DNA of 64,000 nt from Eledone cirrhosa (taxonomy: Eukaryota): NCBI GenBank assembly GCA_964016885.1, contig OZ024743.1, positions 94,922,001 to 94,986,000 of the forward strand, given 5' to 3'. Below, piece by piece: positions 39,607-51,004 of the stretch (positions within the stretch are counted from its first letter, which is position 1; each line of letters starts with the position of its first letter). The notes below the pieces were generated by a model that searched no databases, was not told the origin of the DNA, and saw only the letters and a program-made list of their open reading frames with translations. Made by a program: the position numbers and the translations under genes.

Positions 39607-39945
39607 CATTATCACTATTTAACGCCCTTTTTCCATGCTATCGTGGGTTAGAAACATTGTCCCATTGTATCAGAAGCAACCGTATCCAGCTGATCCAGCT
39701 GGATCCCCGAGTGAGACCATCTAAGCTCATGGAAGTTACCCAACCATCTTGTTCGGGTGTACCCCTGTATCTCCTGCCGGTTGGTTTTGGCCGTAAAATC
39801 TGTCCAGCAATTCGTTCCTGAGACATTCTAACCACATGCCCATAGTATCGGAGCTATAATCTCTCAATTCAGAGAAGTAGCGGCTCTCCCTGGAGTGACT
39901 TCCTGATCTCCAAACTACGTACTCTATTGAGTAACGTTACTCCAA
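39605..39945 (-). mobile_element. RTE-type LINE 3' fragment
   Basis: Translates to RYYGHVVRMSQERIAGQILRPKPTGRRYRGTP, followed by a 'gcatggaaaaaagggcgttaaa(tga)n'-type tail. Confidence 0.8.
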
Positions 39946-40335
39946 AGTGGCACTGACCACCTGACATGGAAAGAAGTGATTGGAAGGAATGGTGACCCCA
40001 ATCTAAATACAAATGGAGAGGCCTTATTAGACTTCTGTTCTAGCAATGGTCTCTCTATTATAAACACCTTCTTCCAGCACAGAGATATCCATAAATATAC
40101 ATGGTATAAGCGGAATCAGGGACAGAGATCATTAATTGATTTTGTAATTGTCTCTGATATTTTGTTTCGGTGCTGGATGTTCGTGTTAAGAGAAGGGCCA
40201 CATGTCAACTGATCACCATCTAGTTATCTGCAACTTGAGACTAACTAAAGCCAAAAAAGCCCAGAAAACTGACAGGCCCAGGGCGACCTACAGGATAAAG
40301 TGAAAAGCATTGATGGATAAGGAAGGCAAGACCAT
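39946..40335 (+). mobile_element. RTE-type LINE apurinic endonuclease fragment
   Basis: IGRNGDPNLNTNGEALLDFCSSNGLSIINTFFQHRDIHKYTWY...RSLIDFVIVS, then after a frameshift TDHHLV, the APE signature. Confidence 0.85.
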
Positions 40336-40677
40336 GTATATCTTTTTTAACATCTTGATTTTTTTCTAGCCCCTTCATAATTATCAGTTATCATTCTAGC
40401 ATTTGTTCGCCTTTTTTAGGTCAAATTGTCTCCCCTAGACTATCCGGTTTATCTTCCCTTGTTTTGACTTTCCTCTCTTCCTTTTCTTCTTTTTCGTCCC
40501 TTTGAATAAACATTTTCCAGTTCATTTTCATCAGCACAAGTTGAACAAGTTAGTCCTCAGGACCAACGAAACATACGTAACTGGTATATGTCTGATGTAG
40601 TAACTAGCCTTAATAATTATATTCTAACTCTCCTACCGACTCGAGTTACTATCTTGGATTTTGACCTACCTATTACT

Positions 40678-40720
<43 letters not shown>

Positions 40721-40990
40721 ATTGGGTGCTTTTTGTCCAAAGGAGTAGCCATGTTTGGTGTAAATGACTGTGGATGTTCTTGCTGCCAAATATATTTGTG
40801 CAGCCTTTTAATGCTGAGGCATCTCACATTCAGAGTTTACCATATCATGCCAGAATATACAAGACTATACCAGAATATAGAAGTTCATACCTGATTATAC
40901 CACATGCCAGAAATATACTAGATTATACTAGAATTTACTACATTATGTATCCTATATCTTTCCTTCATTTGTGTGTTTCTTCCATAGAAA

Positions 40991-41110
40991 ATGCCGAAGA
41001 GTAAGAAGAAAGCAAAATTGACGGATGAGCAGAGAGTTCATCAGGAAGAACAGAAGATGCTTCTCCAAGTGGAGATGAAGAAGGAAGAACTTCTCATGCA
41101 ATTTCTCAAG
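40991..41110 (+). pseudogene. CCDC65: CCDC65/DRC2 (dynein regulatory complex subunit 2) homolog, coding exon 1
   Basis: MPKSKKKAKLTDEQRVHQEEQKMLLQVEMKKEELLMQFLK resembles the human CCDC65 N-terminus as recalled (MPKKEKMAK...KKKERLLSQFLK). Phase-0 donor AAG|GTTAGT. A pyrimidine tract plus AG lies just upstream of the ATG. Confidence 0.8.
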
Positions 41111-42387
41111 GTTAGTGTTGGTGTTTATTGTTTAATCAGAGAAAACAAGGCAGCGCTCATGATTCTTTTCAGGTCCTCACAGACTGGTGGAAAGGAGGCC
41201 AAGAGGGAGAATGGTATCTTGAAACCAGAGACCTGATCAGAATGCTTCCAAAAGAGTGGACTCTGTTAAAGTGGGAAGTGGTTCCTTGTTTCTCATGTCT
41301 CAGGGAAAAGCAGTTGACATTGTAATGTATTGATGAGTGAAGTTATGATATTTATCTATTGTCTTTCTCAAAGCCAATGTTAACAATAAATTTTTTTTTT
41401 TTCACTTCTTAGTAATGGCATCTGAGACTAGTAGGAGGGAGAGAAAGAAGCAGAGTATCTTCAAGCAAGAATCTACAACATAGAATCCTAGACAGATCTT
41501 CTTTGTGTTGTTTCAATTCTTTTGGAACTGGATTTCTAATGAAATACATTCTATTTCAATTAATTAACGAAATGTTTTAAGGGATTTACTAAAATGTGTT
41601 ATTATTTCATTACTAAAACAGCAAGTCAACATATAGTTCTTATATAAAATTAATTTAATTTGGAAGACTTAATTTAAATAAGAACACATTAAAATAGGTG
41701 TTGATTTTTACCATGGCAGTCAATTTGGTTTTGGCCAGATTGGTATTAAATGGGTTGACCATTTTTGTAACTATATTTCTAATGAAATGCATTGTCTATG
41801 GTGTTTCAATGAATTTATAAAATAATGAAGAATGCTGAGAGAGCGGAGTTGATAAAATATCTAACTTTTTCATCATTGAACTGATATTTAGAACTTAACT
41901 TAAAGGTTCTTACATAAAATTGTGATAGATAGCTTTAATATAAACACTTTAAAATGGTGAGTTCTGTATCAAAAATCTAACGCTGATCGATGGCAAGTTA
42001 GTATCAGATGTGTGTTAAGAGATGGTAAAGTTGAGTATATAAACCCAGTATTAGTGTTCCTGTAAGGAGCTATGAGACTCCACCTCAATAATATTAGTTT
42101 CAACCCTTTCATTTCTATATTTCTATGAAAAGACAATTCATTTTGAAAATAATCAAAAATTTCAAAGGATTTAGTAATGTAACTAGCTTTCCTCTTATTA
42201 AACTGGTATTTGAAACAACTCAACAAATGATCTTACATGAAATTATTATAGAAATTTTTTACATAAATATAAACACTTTAACCTTTTCATTGCCATATTT
42301 CTAATAAAAGAAAGACACTACCTTTAGTTTTCAAATAATTTTGAAAATAAATAATTTGGAGGGATGTAGTAATATGACTAACTTTCA

Positions 42388-42552
42388 AGAGTCGGACGCC
42401 ATGCTTTCCAGCATAGTTACGTCCCTTTATGGTCTGAGTTCAAATCCCGCTGAGGTTAACTTTGCCTTTCATCCTTACAAGGTCGATAAAATAAAGTACC
42501 AATAATGTTCTGGGTAATTGCTGGCCTTGTGCCAAAAGTAGAAACAATTATT
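42388..42552 (+). mobile_element. tRNA-derived SINE, 5'-truncated, intronic
   Basis: Same family as 34813-35010. Confidence 0.85.
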
Positions 42553-42705
42553 AAGTTGGTTTTGGGATCATAGCTTAACAAAGGTTGTTACATAAAATTA
42601 TGTAAATATAAACACTTTAAAATGGACAGTTTTGTATCAGAAATCCAGGGTTGTTTGATATTAAAATAGTTAAAATATGTATTGTTGTATTTTGGTAAAT
42701 TGCAG

Positions 42706-42958
42706 GATAAACATGCCAAAGAAGAGAAATTCACCAAGCTGAACTCATTGATTATAAGTGACAGATAGAGGGGAATTCTTCAAGAAGCGAAAGGCAAGGA
42801 CATCAAAGCTGAAATCAAGGTGCTGAAGAACACATTTGAATGTATTATGGACCAGAAAGATTAGGTGTTCAAAGCTCTTTTAGTGGACATTGAAGAAGCT
42901 GAAAATCAGTACATGATGTCTTTAAGTAGCCACTTGGAAAATATTGACTCTTTCATAA
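42706..42958 (+). pseudogene. CCDC65: CCDC65/DRC2 homolog, coding exon 2, with two in-frame TAG
   Basis: Acceptor ttgcag|. Translation DKHAKEEKFTKLNSLIISDR*RGILQEAKGKDIKAEIKVLKNTFECIMDQKD*VFKALLVDIEEAENQYMMSLSSHLENIDSFI. Donor A|GTAAGA (phase 1). Collinear with recalled DKLAKEE...QWRTVLREVK...TFERVVDCKDNVIKSL..DLSEAEEQY...LRSHLHNVD. Missed by the ORF track. Confidence 0.85.
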
Positions 42959-42971
42959 GTAAGATTCATAT

Positions 42972-43489
42972 TTAACCCTTTACCATTTACATTACTCTAT
43001 ATTTACTATTGTATTTTCACACTAAAGGCTTTACCTTACATAATATCTCACATAACATTTACATTACTCTATATATACTATTGTTTTTTTCACAGTAAAT
43101 GCTTTACTTCACATAATTTCTTACATAACATTTACATTACTCACTATATACTATTGTATTTTCACACTAAAGGCTTTACCTCACAACATATCTCACATAA
43201 CATTTACGTTACTCTATATATACTATTGTATTTTCACAGTAAATGCTTTACCTCACATAATATCTCACATAACATTTACATTACTCTATATATTCTATTG
43301 TATTTTCATGGTAAAGGCTTTACCACACATAATTATCTCACATAACATTGAATCTATAAGATTTTAATATTATTTATTTAATGAATAATACCTTAACATC
43401 AGTATGAGCGGCCAGTTACAGCCAGTTTGAACAGAAAGAGGTGAAAGAATTCTAGCCAGATATGGCCGGTTTAAATACTATATAGTTAA
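42972..43489 (+). mobile_element. TTAA-flanked piggyBac-like MITE containing a ~72-bp minisatellite (about 5 copies)
   Basis: Starts TTAA-CCCTTTACCATTT and ends ...ccggtttaaatactatatag-TTAA. An unexpanded inverted relative lies at 55961-56185. Confidence 0.7.
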
Positions 43490-43599
43490 AGGGGTTATTT
43501 TAATCATTTTGTGTTTTGTGTTACATTAGTAATGTGGTTAGAGATCAGAGATTATATAGGATAAAGAAGACGCTTCAATTGGAATGAGCATATAACTAC

Positions 43600-44020
43600 C
43601 TCTCTAGCACTTGTGCCATGATAAAATATACACAGTACACTCTGTAGTAAAGTGGCTGGCATTATAAAATACAGCACACTCTGTAATGGGGTAGGAGGTC
43701 AAACAGAGACAGTATAGGATTCAGAAAACTCTTCAGTCTGGCCAAACATAACAATCTCTCTAGTGCTGGGGCCACGAGGAAATGTACCTAGTACACCCTG
43801 TAAAGTGGTAGTGCTGGTGCCACAATAAAATATACCTGGTATACTCTTTAAAGTGGTTGGCATTGGGTAGAGCATCCAGCTGTAGAAAACATGCCAGATA
43901 GTCCTATACGAGTGAGACACGGTCACCAGACCAATCGTGCTTCAAATTGGGACAACTCCCGTCTAACCCATGCTAGTGTGGAAGATGGACGTTAAACAAT
44001 GATGATGAAGATGATGATGA
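43600..44020 (+). mobile_element. RTE-tail SINE/LINE 3' fragment
   Basis: 'gtaaagtggttggcattgggtagagcatccagctgtagaaa...cccgtctaacccatgctagtgtggaagatggacgttaaac(gat)n' matches the RTE 3' tail at 52000-52160. Confidence 0.75.
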
Positions 44021-44260
44021 ACCCTGTATGTAAATGGGTTAGAATAGGTATATCATATCCCTGTGCATTGTAAGAGGTGACTAAAACAGCAACAGGAAGA
44101 GTATTAAGCCATAAAACATTGCCTCAAAAAGAAGCCAAGGCTAACCCCTGTTTTAGTTGGGAAAATGGCTTTAAAATAGTTATTGTTTATTTATTAAAAG
44201 ACTAGCCCCCATTAAACAAACAAAAAAACCCCCAGCCATGTGATATGTGAAATATTTCAG

Positions 44261-44484
44261 AACTGCAGAGAGAGAGACTAGAAAATTTCAAGTTGGAATA
44301 CGACAAAGATCTGAATATTATTAAAGAAGAGTTCCAAAAAGAGAAAGACAAGATGTTGGTGAGGTTTGGTGCTGAGATGAATGACTTGGCTGACATCATG
44401 TTTGCCATGGAACAACATTTTATTGAGGAGGAGCAAAAGGCTAAATCAGATTTTGAAAACTTGAAAGATGAAGTTTGGAATAAG
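44261..44484 (+). pseudogene. CCDC65: CCDC65/DRC2 homolog, coding exon 3
   Basis: Acceptor tttcag|, phase 1, consistent with exon 2. Translation (K)LQRERLENFKLEYDKDLNIIKEEFQKEKDKMLVRFGAEMNDLADIMFAMEQHFIEEEQKAKSDFENLKDEVWNK, donor |GTTGGT. Matches recalled LQRHRL...EFETE...LQDIFMAMEQ.....E...EFQ...DLKN. Confidence 0.85.
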
Positions 44485-44556
44485 GTTGGTTCAGGAATCA
44501 TTTAACATCTTCCATTACTATACTTCGTAGGAAAGATACTGCATATGGTTTTCAAT

Positions 44557-44558
44557 TC

Positions 44559-44589
<31 letters not shown>

Positions 44590-45107
44590 TCATCGCCATC
44601 ATCATCATCATCACCATCACTTTCTCCATCACAATCACTATCATTACCACCACCACCATACTAACAACCATCATCATAGTCATCACCACCATCACATTAC
44701 CACCACCACCACCACCACCACCATCATAACTACCATCATCATAGTCATCACCACCACCACCACCATAACAACCATCATCATAGTTATACCACCATCACAT
44801 TACCAGCGCCACCACCACCACCACCACCACCACCATCATAACTACCATCATCATAGTCATCACCACCATCCCATTACCACCACCACCACCATCATAACTA
44901 CCATCATCATAGTCATCACCACCATCACATTACCACCATCACCACCACCATAACTACCATCATCATAGTCATCACCACCATCACATTACCACCACCACCA
45001 CCATCATAACTACCATCATCATAGTCATCACCACCATCACATTACCACCACCACCACCACCATAACTACCATCATCATAGTCATCACCACCATCACATTA
45101 CCACCAT
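44557..45107. repeat. (CAT)/(CAC) trinucleotide-derived minisatellite
   Basis: Recurring 'cataactaccatcatcatagtcatcaccaccatcacattaccaccacc' unit with a variable CAC count. Confidence 0.9.
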
Positions 45108-46180
45108 CGAAGCTCAGCCGTTGGGATCCTGACTCTTCCTATTCCAGTTATAATGTATATATATATCATCATCATCGTTTTAACCTCTATCTTCCACTCT
45201 AGCATGGGTTTAGACGAGTAATATATATATAATTTGTTTCAGATAGAAATGACATCTACAGGAGTAGCACTGTTTCATTCTGTTGAAATCATCAGCAATG
45301 TCCTGATGTCCCTGGGAGTTTATATGCCCAACTTAGACCAATTTTCATAGTAAAAGATGTGTTGAAGTGTTAACTTTATGTTAACATAAATTCAAAAATA
45401 ATTCATAATCTGCTCAATGGTTCTAAAAATAGATTGTTTCATTATGTGCTGGCCAATAGATAAGGCTTATAATAACAGAACATTTTGTCAGTCACTTTGG
45501 TGCAACTGGTAAGCACAGCACACCGGTATACAGCAGATTTGAGTTTGAATCATCCGGGTGATGCTGTCCACTTTTTTCTGTCACCAGGGGGCTCATATAT
45601 CCAACTTGGTCTATTTTTCATTGCCAAAAAGGTGCATTGATACTGTAAACTTTAATCTAACATAAATGAAAACAATTCCCTGCTCAAGTACTGGGGTCAA
45701 TATAATCAACTTTTCTCTCCCGCCTTCAAAATTACTGGCTTTGTGCCAAATATGGAAACAGCTATTATTTTGCTGCATTATATGTGTGTGTATGTTTATA
45801 GATTTATATACACCACATGTAGAAGACCCTAGATGATCCCATCGATGAGGCAACAGATAACTAATTAAAATATGGATCATTTCTATCTTGCCACTTGATA
45901 TTTTGTCCCTTGGTCCAGACAACTTTGAACCACCTAGTCTACAACAAGTAGGCACGAATAGCATTGTATAATTAACGAGGGTGTGTTGTCTTAAAGTGAT
46001 ACATTTATTTCCTCCCCAATGTAAATTGACCTGCAAGAGATGTGAGGTTTCGTTTCCTCATTAGTCAAACACAACATTAACTGTAAATATAACCAGGCTG
46101 AATGAATTCTGCAAACGGAAATGATGGAAACAAAATACAAAAGCATAAAGACACTTTATGTATGTATGTATGTATGTATG

Positions 46181-49100
46181 TTCTTCTGGTTTTATAATTT
46201 CACAAAGTTTTACCAATAGAGAGAGAGTCGGTTTCTAACATAGACACAAGACTCTCTCATTGGAATTTACACAACATCAACTAGGTAGATATGTATGTAT
46301 GCATGCATGTGTAGATATGGATGTTATTGTATGTGTGGATGTGTATGTTTTGAGTTGTATGTGTGCATGTGTATATGCTTTGTATCTGTACATGTGTATA
46401 TGCAGTTATTAGATGCAACATTTTTGGAATGTTTTACATATTTTTACTGTTCCATTAATGGATTGTACTTGTAGTTTCCTAACTAGTTGTGTTCTTTCTG
46501 TTCCTGTGAAGCCTAGCTTCTCAAGATTTGTATTGAGGCAGTTACTAACATATCCCAGTGCCCCAATAATCACAGGCATAAATCTGAAGGTGTAATAAGG
46601 GTGGAGTATCTGCAGATTTCTCATCAGTTCTGCATAAATATTCTTCTTTTCACTAATCTTTGATATTATATAGGCATCTGCTGGGCAGCTAATTTCCACT
46701 ACTCTGCATGTTTTCTTCTCCCTGTCCCATATCATAATATCTGGTCTGTTATGCCTGCATTTTATTGGGGTTTTTACTGGAACATTCCACCAGTACTCTT
46801 TCATATTATGTACATGGATGTCTTCCACATTGTTGTAGCTTTTAATGTGTTTATTATCGGGGCTATCTTTTTTACGAACTGCATCGTAAAGTGTTTTGGC
46901 CACTACATCATGCCTCATAGGTAGATAGTACCGCGATGACATCTTTGGGCAGCTGCTGATGACATGGGTGATATCCTCGTTGTTAGTTCTGCAGAGTCTG
47001 CACTTGTTATCACATCTAGGTGTTTTGCCTGCATCCCTATCTCTTTTGTGAATTAGGTATTTCGTGCTAATCTCCTGTTCTTGGATTGCAAAAGCGTATC
47101 CTTCAAAGTGGGAGCCAATATAGCGGTTCTTGGTCCAAGATAGACTACTTTCCTTATCTATATTACTCTTACTCTGGAGCTTCCTGGCAACATGTCCATG
47201 CATGATTTTTTGCTGATAGGCATGCAGTTTTTCATCCATGGATTCACTGCGATACTGCTGAGCGACATCCCTGGGTGTGAGTTTTTGATTATCACACAGG
47301 GAATATCTCTCAAGGAGTTCCTTCCCAACTCACATGATCTTATCTGTTTCATGCAGATAGATTTGCTCGAGAAGCGGGCTCCTACGCTTCGAGGTTCGTA
47401 GATGTTGTCGGAGAGATATGATGCGACATTCAAATGTTGTCTGGACTGATGTTAGGCCTCTGCCTCCCTGCTTACGTTTCAAGTAAAGGCGGTCTATGTC
47501 ACTGTTGATGTGGAAGTTTCCGGTGTTGTTCAGTATTTTTCGAGTTCCAATATCAACTGCTCGGATTTCGTCTATTGTCCAATTGAGTATTCCAAACGTT
47601 GGTGTTAGGACAGGCACAGCAAACACATTGTGAGCCACTGTTTTGTTTTGCGCAGAGAGTTCCGATGACCAGATCTTTCTTAATCGGGTGTAGTATTCCC
47701 TGGTTACGCGTTCTTTATTACAGATACCATTATAGGATATGTTCTCATCTATCCCCAGGTATCTGTAGCAGTCCTCATCAGATATCCGTGAAACAGTTAG
47801 ACCATTGATGACAATGTTGCTAGATTGGGTTGTTGTTTTTCCTCGCTTTACAGTCATGTATGAGCATTTATCTTTGCTAAACTCCATTCCTATATCCTTT
47901 GAGAACGTTGTAACCAGGTCAAGATTTTTCTTCATCCCATCCATGTTCTTGGCATAGAGTTTCAGATCGTCCACAAAGAAGTTATGGGTTAGGTTCGTAT
48001 TTCTGTCCTCCTGTGAGCCAATGATGTATCCCTCACATTTCTTGAGCAGAAAGGACAAGGGGTTTAATGACAAGATGAACAATATCACAGAGAGACTGTC
48101 CCCCTGAAATATACCCCTGCAATATTTTATTTTATCAATGATAATAGAGTCCTCCCTCTCTGTCTTTAACCTTAGGATAGTAGCCCAAGAAGAAGACAGC
48201 CTCTCTATGGCTCTGACAATAATGTCTGGGACTTTAGCAAGTTGGAGGGCCTCTATCATCCAAGAGTGGGGAACAGAATCGAAAGCTTTCTTGTAGTCCA
48301 GCCAGACTGTAGTCATATTCCTCCTAAGTTGTCGCACCTCCGACATCGCAGTTTTGTTGATTAGGAGTTATTCAGCACATCCCCAAACCCTTTTCTTTCC
48401 AGCTGCTTGTTCATCTGTGACGATGTTATTATTTTCACAATGATCTTGGAGGAATAGGTTTAGACAGGCTGTATACATCTTATACATCAGGTTCTGGCAT
48501 GCAATGGGTCGGTAGTTTTTTGCCAAGTGGGTGTCTTTGTTCTTGGGGACCAGTAACGTTTGTGCTAATGTCAACCATTCTGGTATAAGTGTATCTCCCT
48601 TAAGAACTTGTTGGTAGAGGTCAGTAAGATACCTCCGATAGAATATCAGTTTTTTGTACCAGTAGCCGACAATCATGTCTCTTCCTGGTGTTTTCTTATC
48701 TTGGAGTTTTCCTATCACAGTCTAAAGGATACCCTCACTTATTTCGTATGTTTTTGTTGTAGTGTAGGAGCAATAGTTCTTTCGGATTTCTCTTAGCCAC
48801 ACTGCATCTTGGTTGAAATTCTTCTTTTCACCCCATATTTTTCTCCAAAAGGAATCTATGTCATTCTGGGATCGGGCCTCAGTGACACTTATTATTTTGC
48901 CCTTCATATCTCTATAGACTGATGTTTGGTTTCGTCTGAATCTTTTATTAAGCATTTTTCTCTCATCTACCTTCTTCAGGTATCGGCGTTTTTCGCTAAC
49001 AGCTCTCAATTCTTGTTTGAGGGTGATCAGCTTATATTGAAGAGTTCTGGTTCTACTGCTACCAAACATCGTCTCTATTTTATTTTTCACTCTTTGTTGG

Positions 49101-50305
49101 TCAGGAGAGAGGTTTTTTTGTGTTTGTTTGCATGTAAGGAGCATTGTCACATGTCCTATGTTTTTTCGTAGGTCAGCACTCTTTTTTTTCTATTTTAGTT
49201 ATATATGATGGTATTTTTGGTGGTGTTTTGTTCTTGTTAATATCTCTGCTATCACCAAGATAATGCTTCACTGTCATTGCTAAGGCATATAAACAGGCGT
49301 TGATTTGCTAAAATGTTGGGGTTTTTATCCGTCGTAAATATTCATCCCCTATTTCGTCAATAACACGTAATATTTCATTATTTGGTTTTTTATTCACCAT
49401 TGTCATTTTAACACGTTCAGCCAGAGAGATATTTATACATGAGTTAATTTCTCTCTGGAAGATTTCGTTGAGGGAAATTTTCAATTGTTTATACTTTTCA
49501 TTATCATTATTGATAGTATTTTCCACAACAGTCGAGGTAGACTCGGATGGTATACGTGGTGTCACATTTATTCGATTATTATTATTATTTCTTCGATTAT
49601 TATTATTATCGATAGTGTTTTCCCCAGCATTCGAGGTAAACTTAGATGGTACCGGTGGTGTCAAGTTTCTTACAGGCATAGTTGTTTCAAGGCGCTGTTC
49701 GACCTGGCTGCTAGGAAGTCTAGTAGCAGGGCGATCTGTAGCACGTGTTGTTGATTCCATGTTTGTTGTGGGGGACTTACAATTAATAATATTTATCTTA
49801 TTTTTACGTTCAACAAACGTCGCTTGTTGGCGTAATTGTTTCGCTGTGAAATAATTTAGCTCTGGGTGCATTTCGTCCCAGTGTAGCTTCATTCTATTCA
49901 TATAGCCAATGGAGGGATTGTTTTTTGCCATTTTATAACAATTAAATAAATCACTATTAAGTTCGCAACTCCAAGAGAAATGCGATTTATAATTTCGGTT
50001 TCTTCTGTAGCTACAACTGAATAAAGTTTGATTACCTTCTTTGTTATTTGTCTTCGATACTTCCTTAATTTTCTTGTTGATGTTGTGTTCAGCCATGCTG
50101 TTTGTAGCAAATCCTTGTAAAATGAATTATGTATTTAGTCGGATATCTCTACGAATTCGAATAAATATGTCTTCAGAATGGATAGTTAGAAGAATAACCA
50201 GTTATTCAACCTGGCTGTAGTTGTGGCATTACTGTCGGAGATAGTATTCATCTTAAATTTAATAAATAGTCTCCCACGCCAAAATATGCGACTGATCGCG
50301 TTGAC
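46181..50305 (-). mobile_element. Apparently full-length R4/Dong-like non-LTR retrotransposon (RT + CCHC + restriction-like endonuclease), element A
   Basis: Collinear ORF pieces 49308-50096, 48722-49150, 48368-48718, 47330-48346 and 46409-47239. Motifs: NYRPIAC, WLDYKKAFDSVPH, GIFQGDSLS, FFVDDLKLY, YRYLG, GGRGL, CRLC...HVISSC, RHD, RPDIMIWD...VEISCP. Disrupted by a few stops and frameshifts. Bounded by (TATG)n at 46157-46180 and 50306-50331. Confidence 0.92.
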
Positions 50306-50610
50306 TATGTATGTATGTATGTATGTATGTAACATGTATCCCAGTACAACCTGTCTCATGGTCGGGTCGTTGGCGACTACACTGGCAACCCCACCAAGGT
50401 TTCTTGGTGAGGAGGGTGACTGGACATCCTGCAGGACTAAAAACAAAACCTTTCAAAGGGCAAAGGAGCTCTTAAGAGTCAATGGCCATCCAAAATCACC
50501 GGGAGAGATAACGCCTTAGCCTTTGTCAAGGTAGAATTCTAGGAGAAAGAAAACTCTGATATAACTCCTGCAACCCTGATGATATCCAATGATGTTGACT
50601 TGTTCTTCTT

Positions 50611-50910
50611 TTTGGTAAATATCATCTTGGTTAAGAGAGTGGGACTGGCTTTGTGCAGTGCCTTTGCTCACTATAAAAGCTTCACGGCACAGGCATTGCT
50701 TTATATCTGGAGATCTCTCTGCACTTGTCGTCACATGGTACCTTGGGCCCAGCACTATGTGTCAATAATTGTCACAAGTGTAGTGTCTGTACCAGAGTTT
50801 TCAAGTCGCTGGCTGGACTAAAAAGTCACACTCGTTCAGCGTATCGGTAGGGGTTCTCCTACATAGATATAAAGTAGTGGCCGTACTGAAAAAAGTGTTG
50901 GCAGCCACCA
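50611..50910 (-). repeat. ~300-bp segment duplicated at 54474-54771, each copy abutting (TATG)n; candidate 5' terminus of the element B family
   Basis: Near-identical from 'tttggtaaatatcatcttggttaagagagtggg' to 'ggcagccacca'. Confidence 0.8.
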
Positions 50911-51004
50911 AGTATGTATGTATGTTATCTCTTTCTCTTAATTTTGAGTATATTTTTTTTGACGGGCCACCTTCCTGGTGGCAAGGTTGTAAAAGAAAAG
51001 AAAG

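Noticed and set aside
40540-40610. Hammerhead-like GAAAC-ATAC-GTA motif
   Set aside because: No properly placed CTGANGA or supporting stems.
41128-41325. Possible extra DRC2 exon after tttcag at ~41172
   Set aside because: No similarity to DRC2, and exon 1 joins exon 2 collinearly without it.
44557-45107. His-rich protein exon
   Set aside because: Frequent TAA/TAG in the His frame and no splice context; simple repeat.
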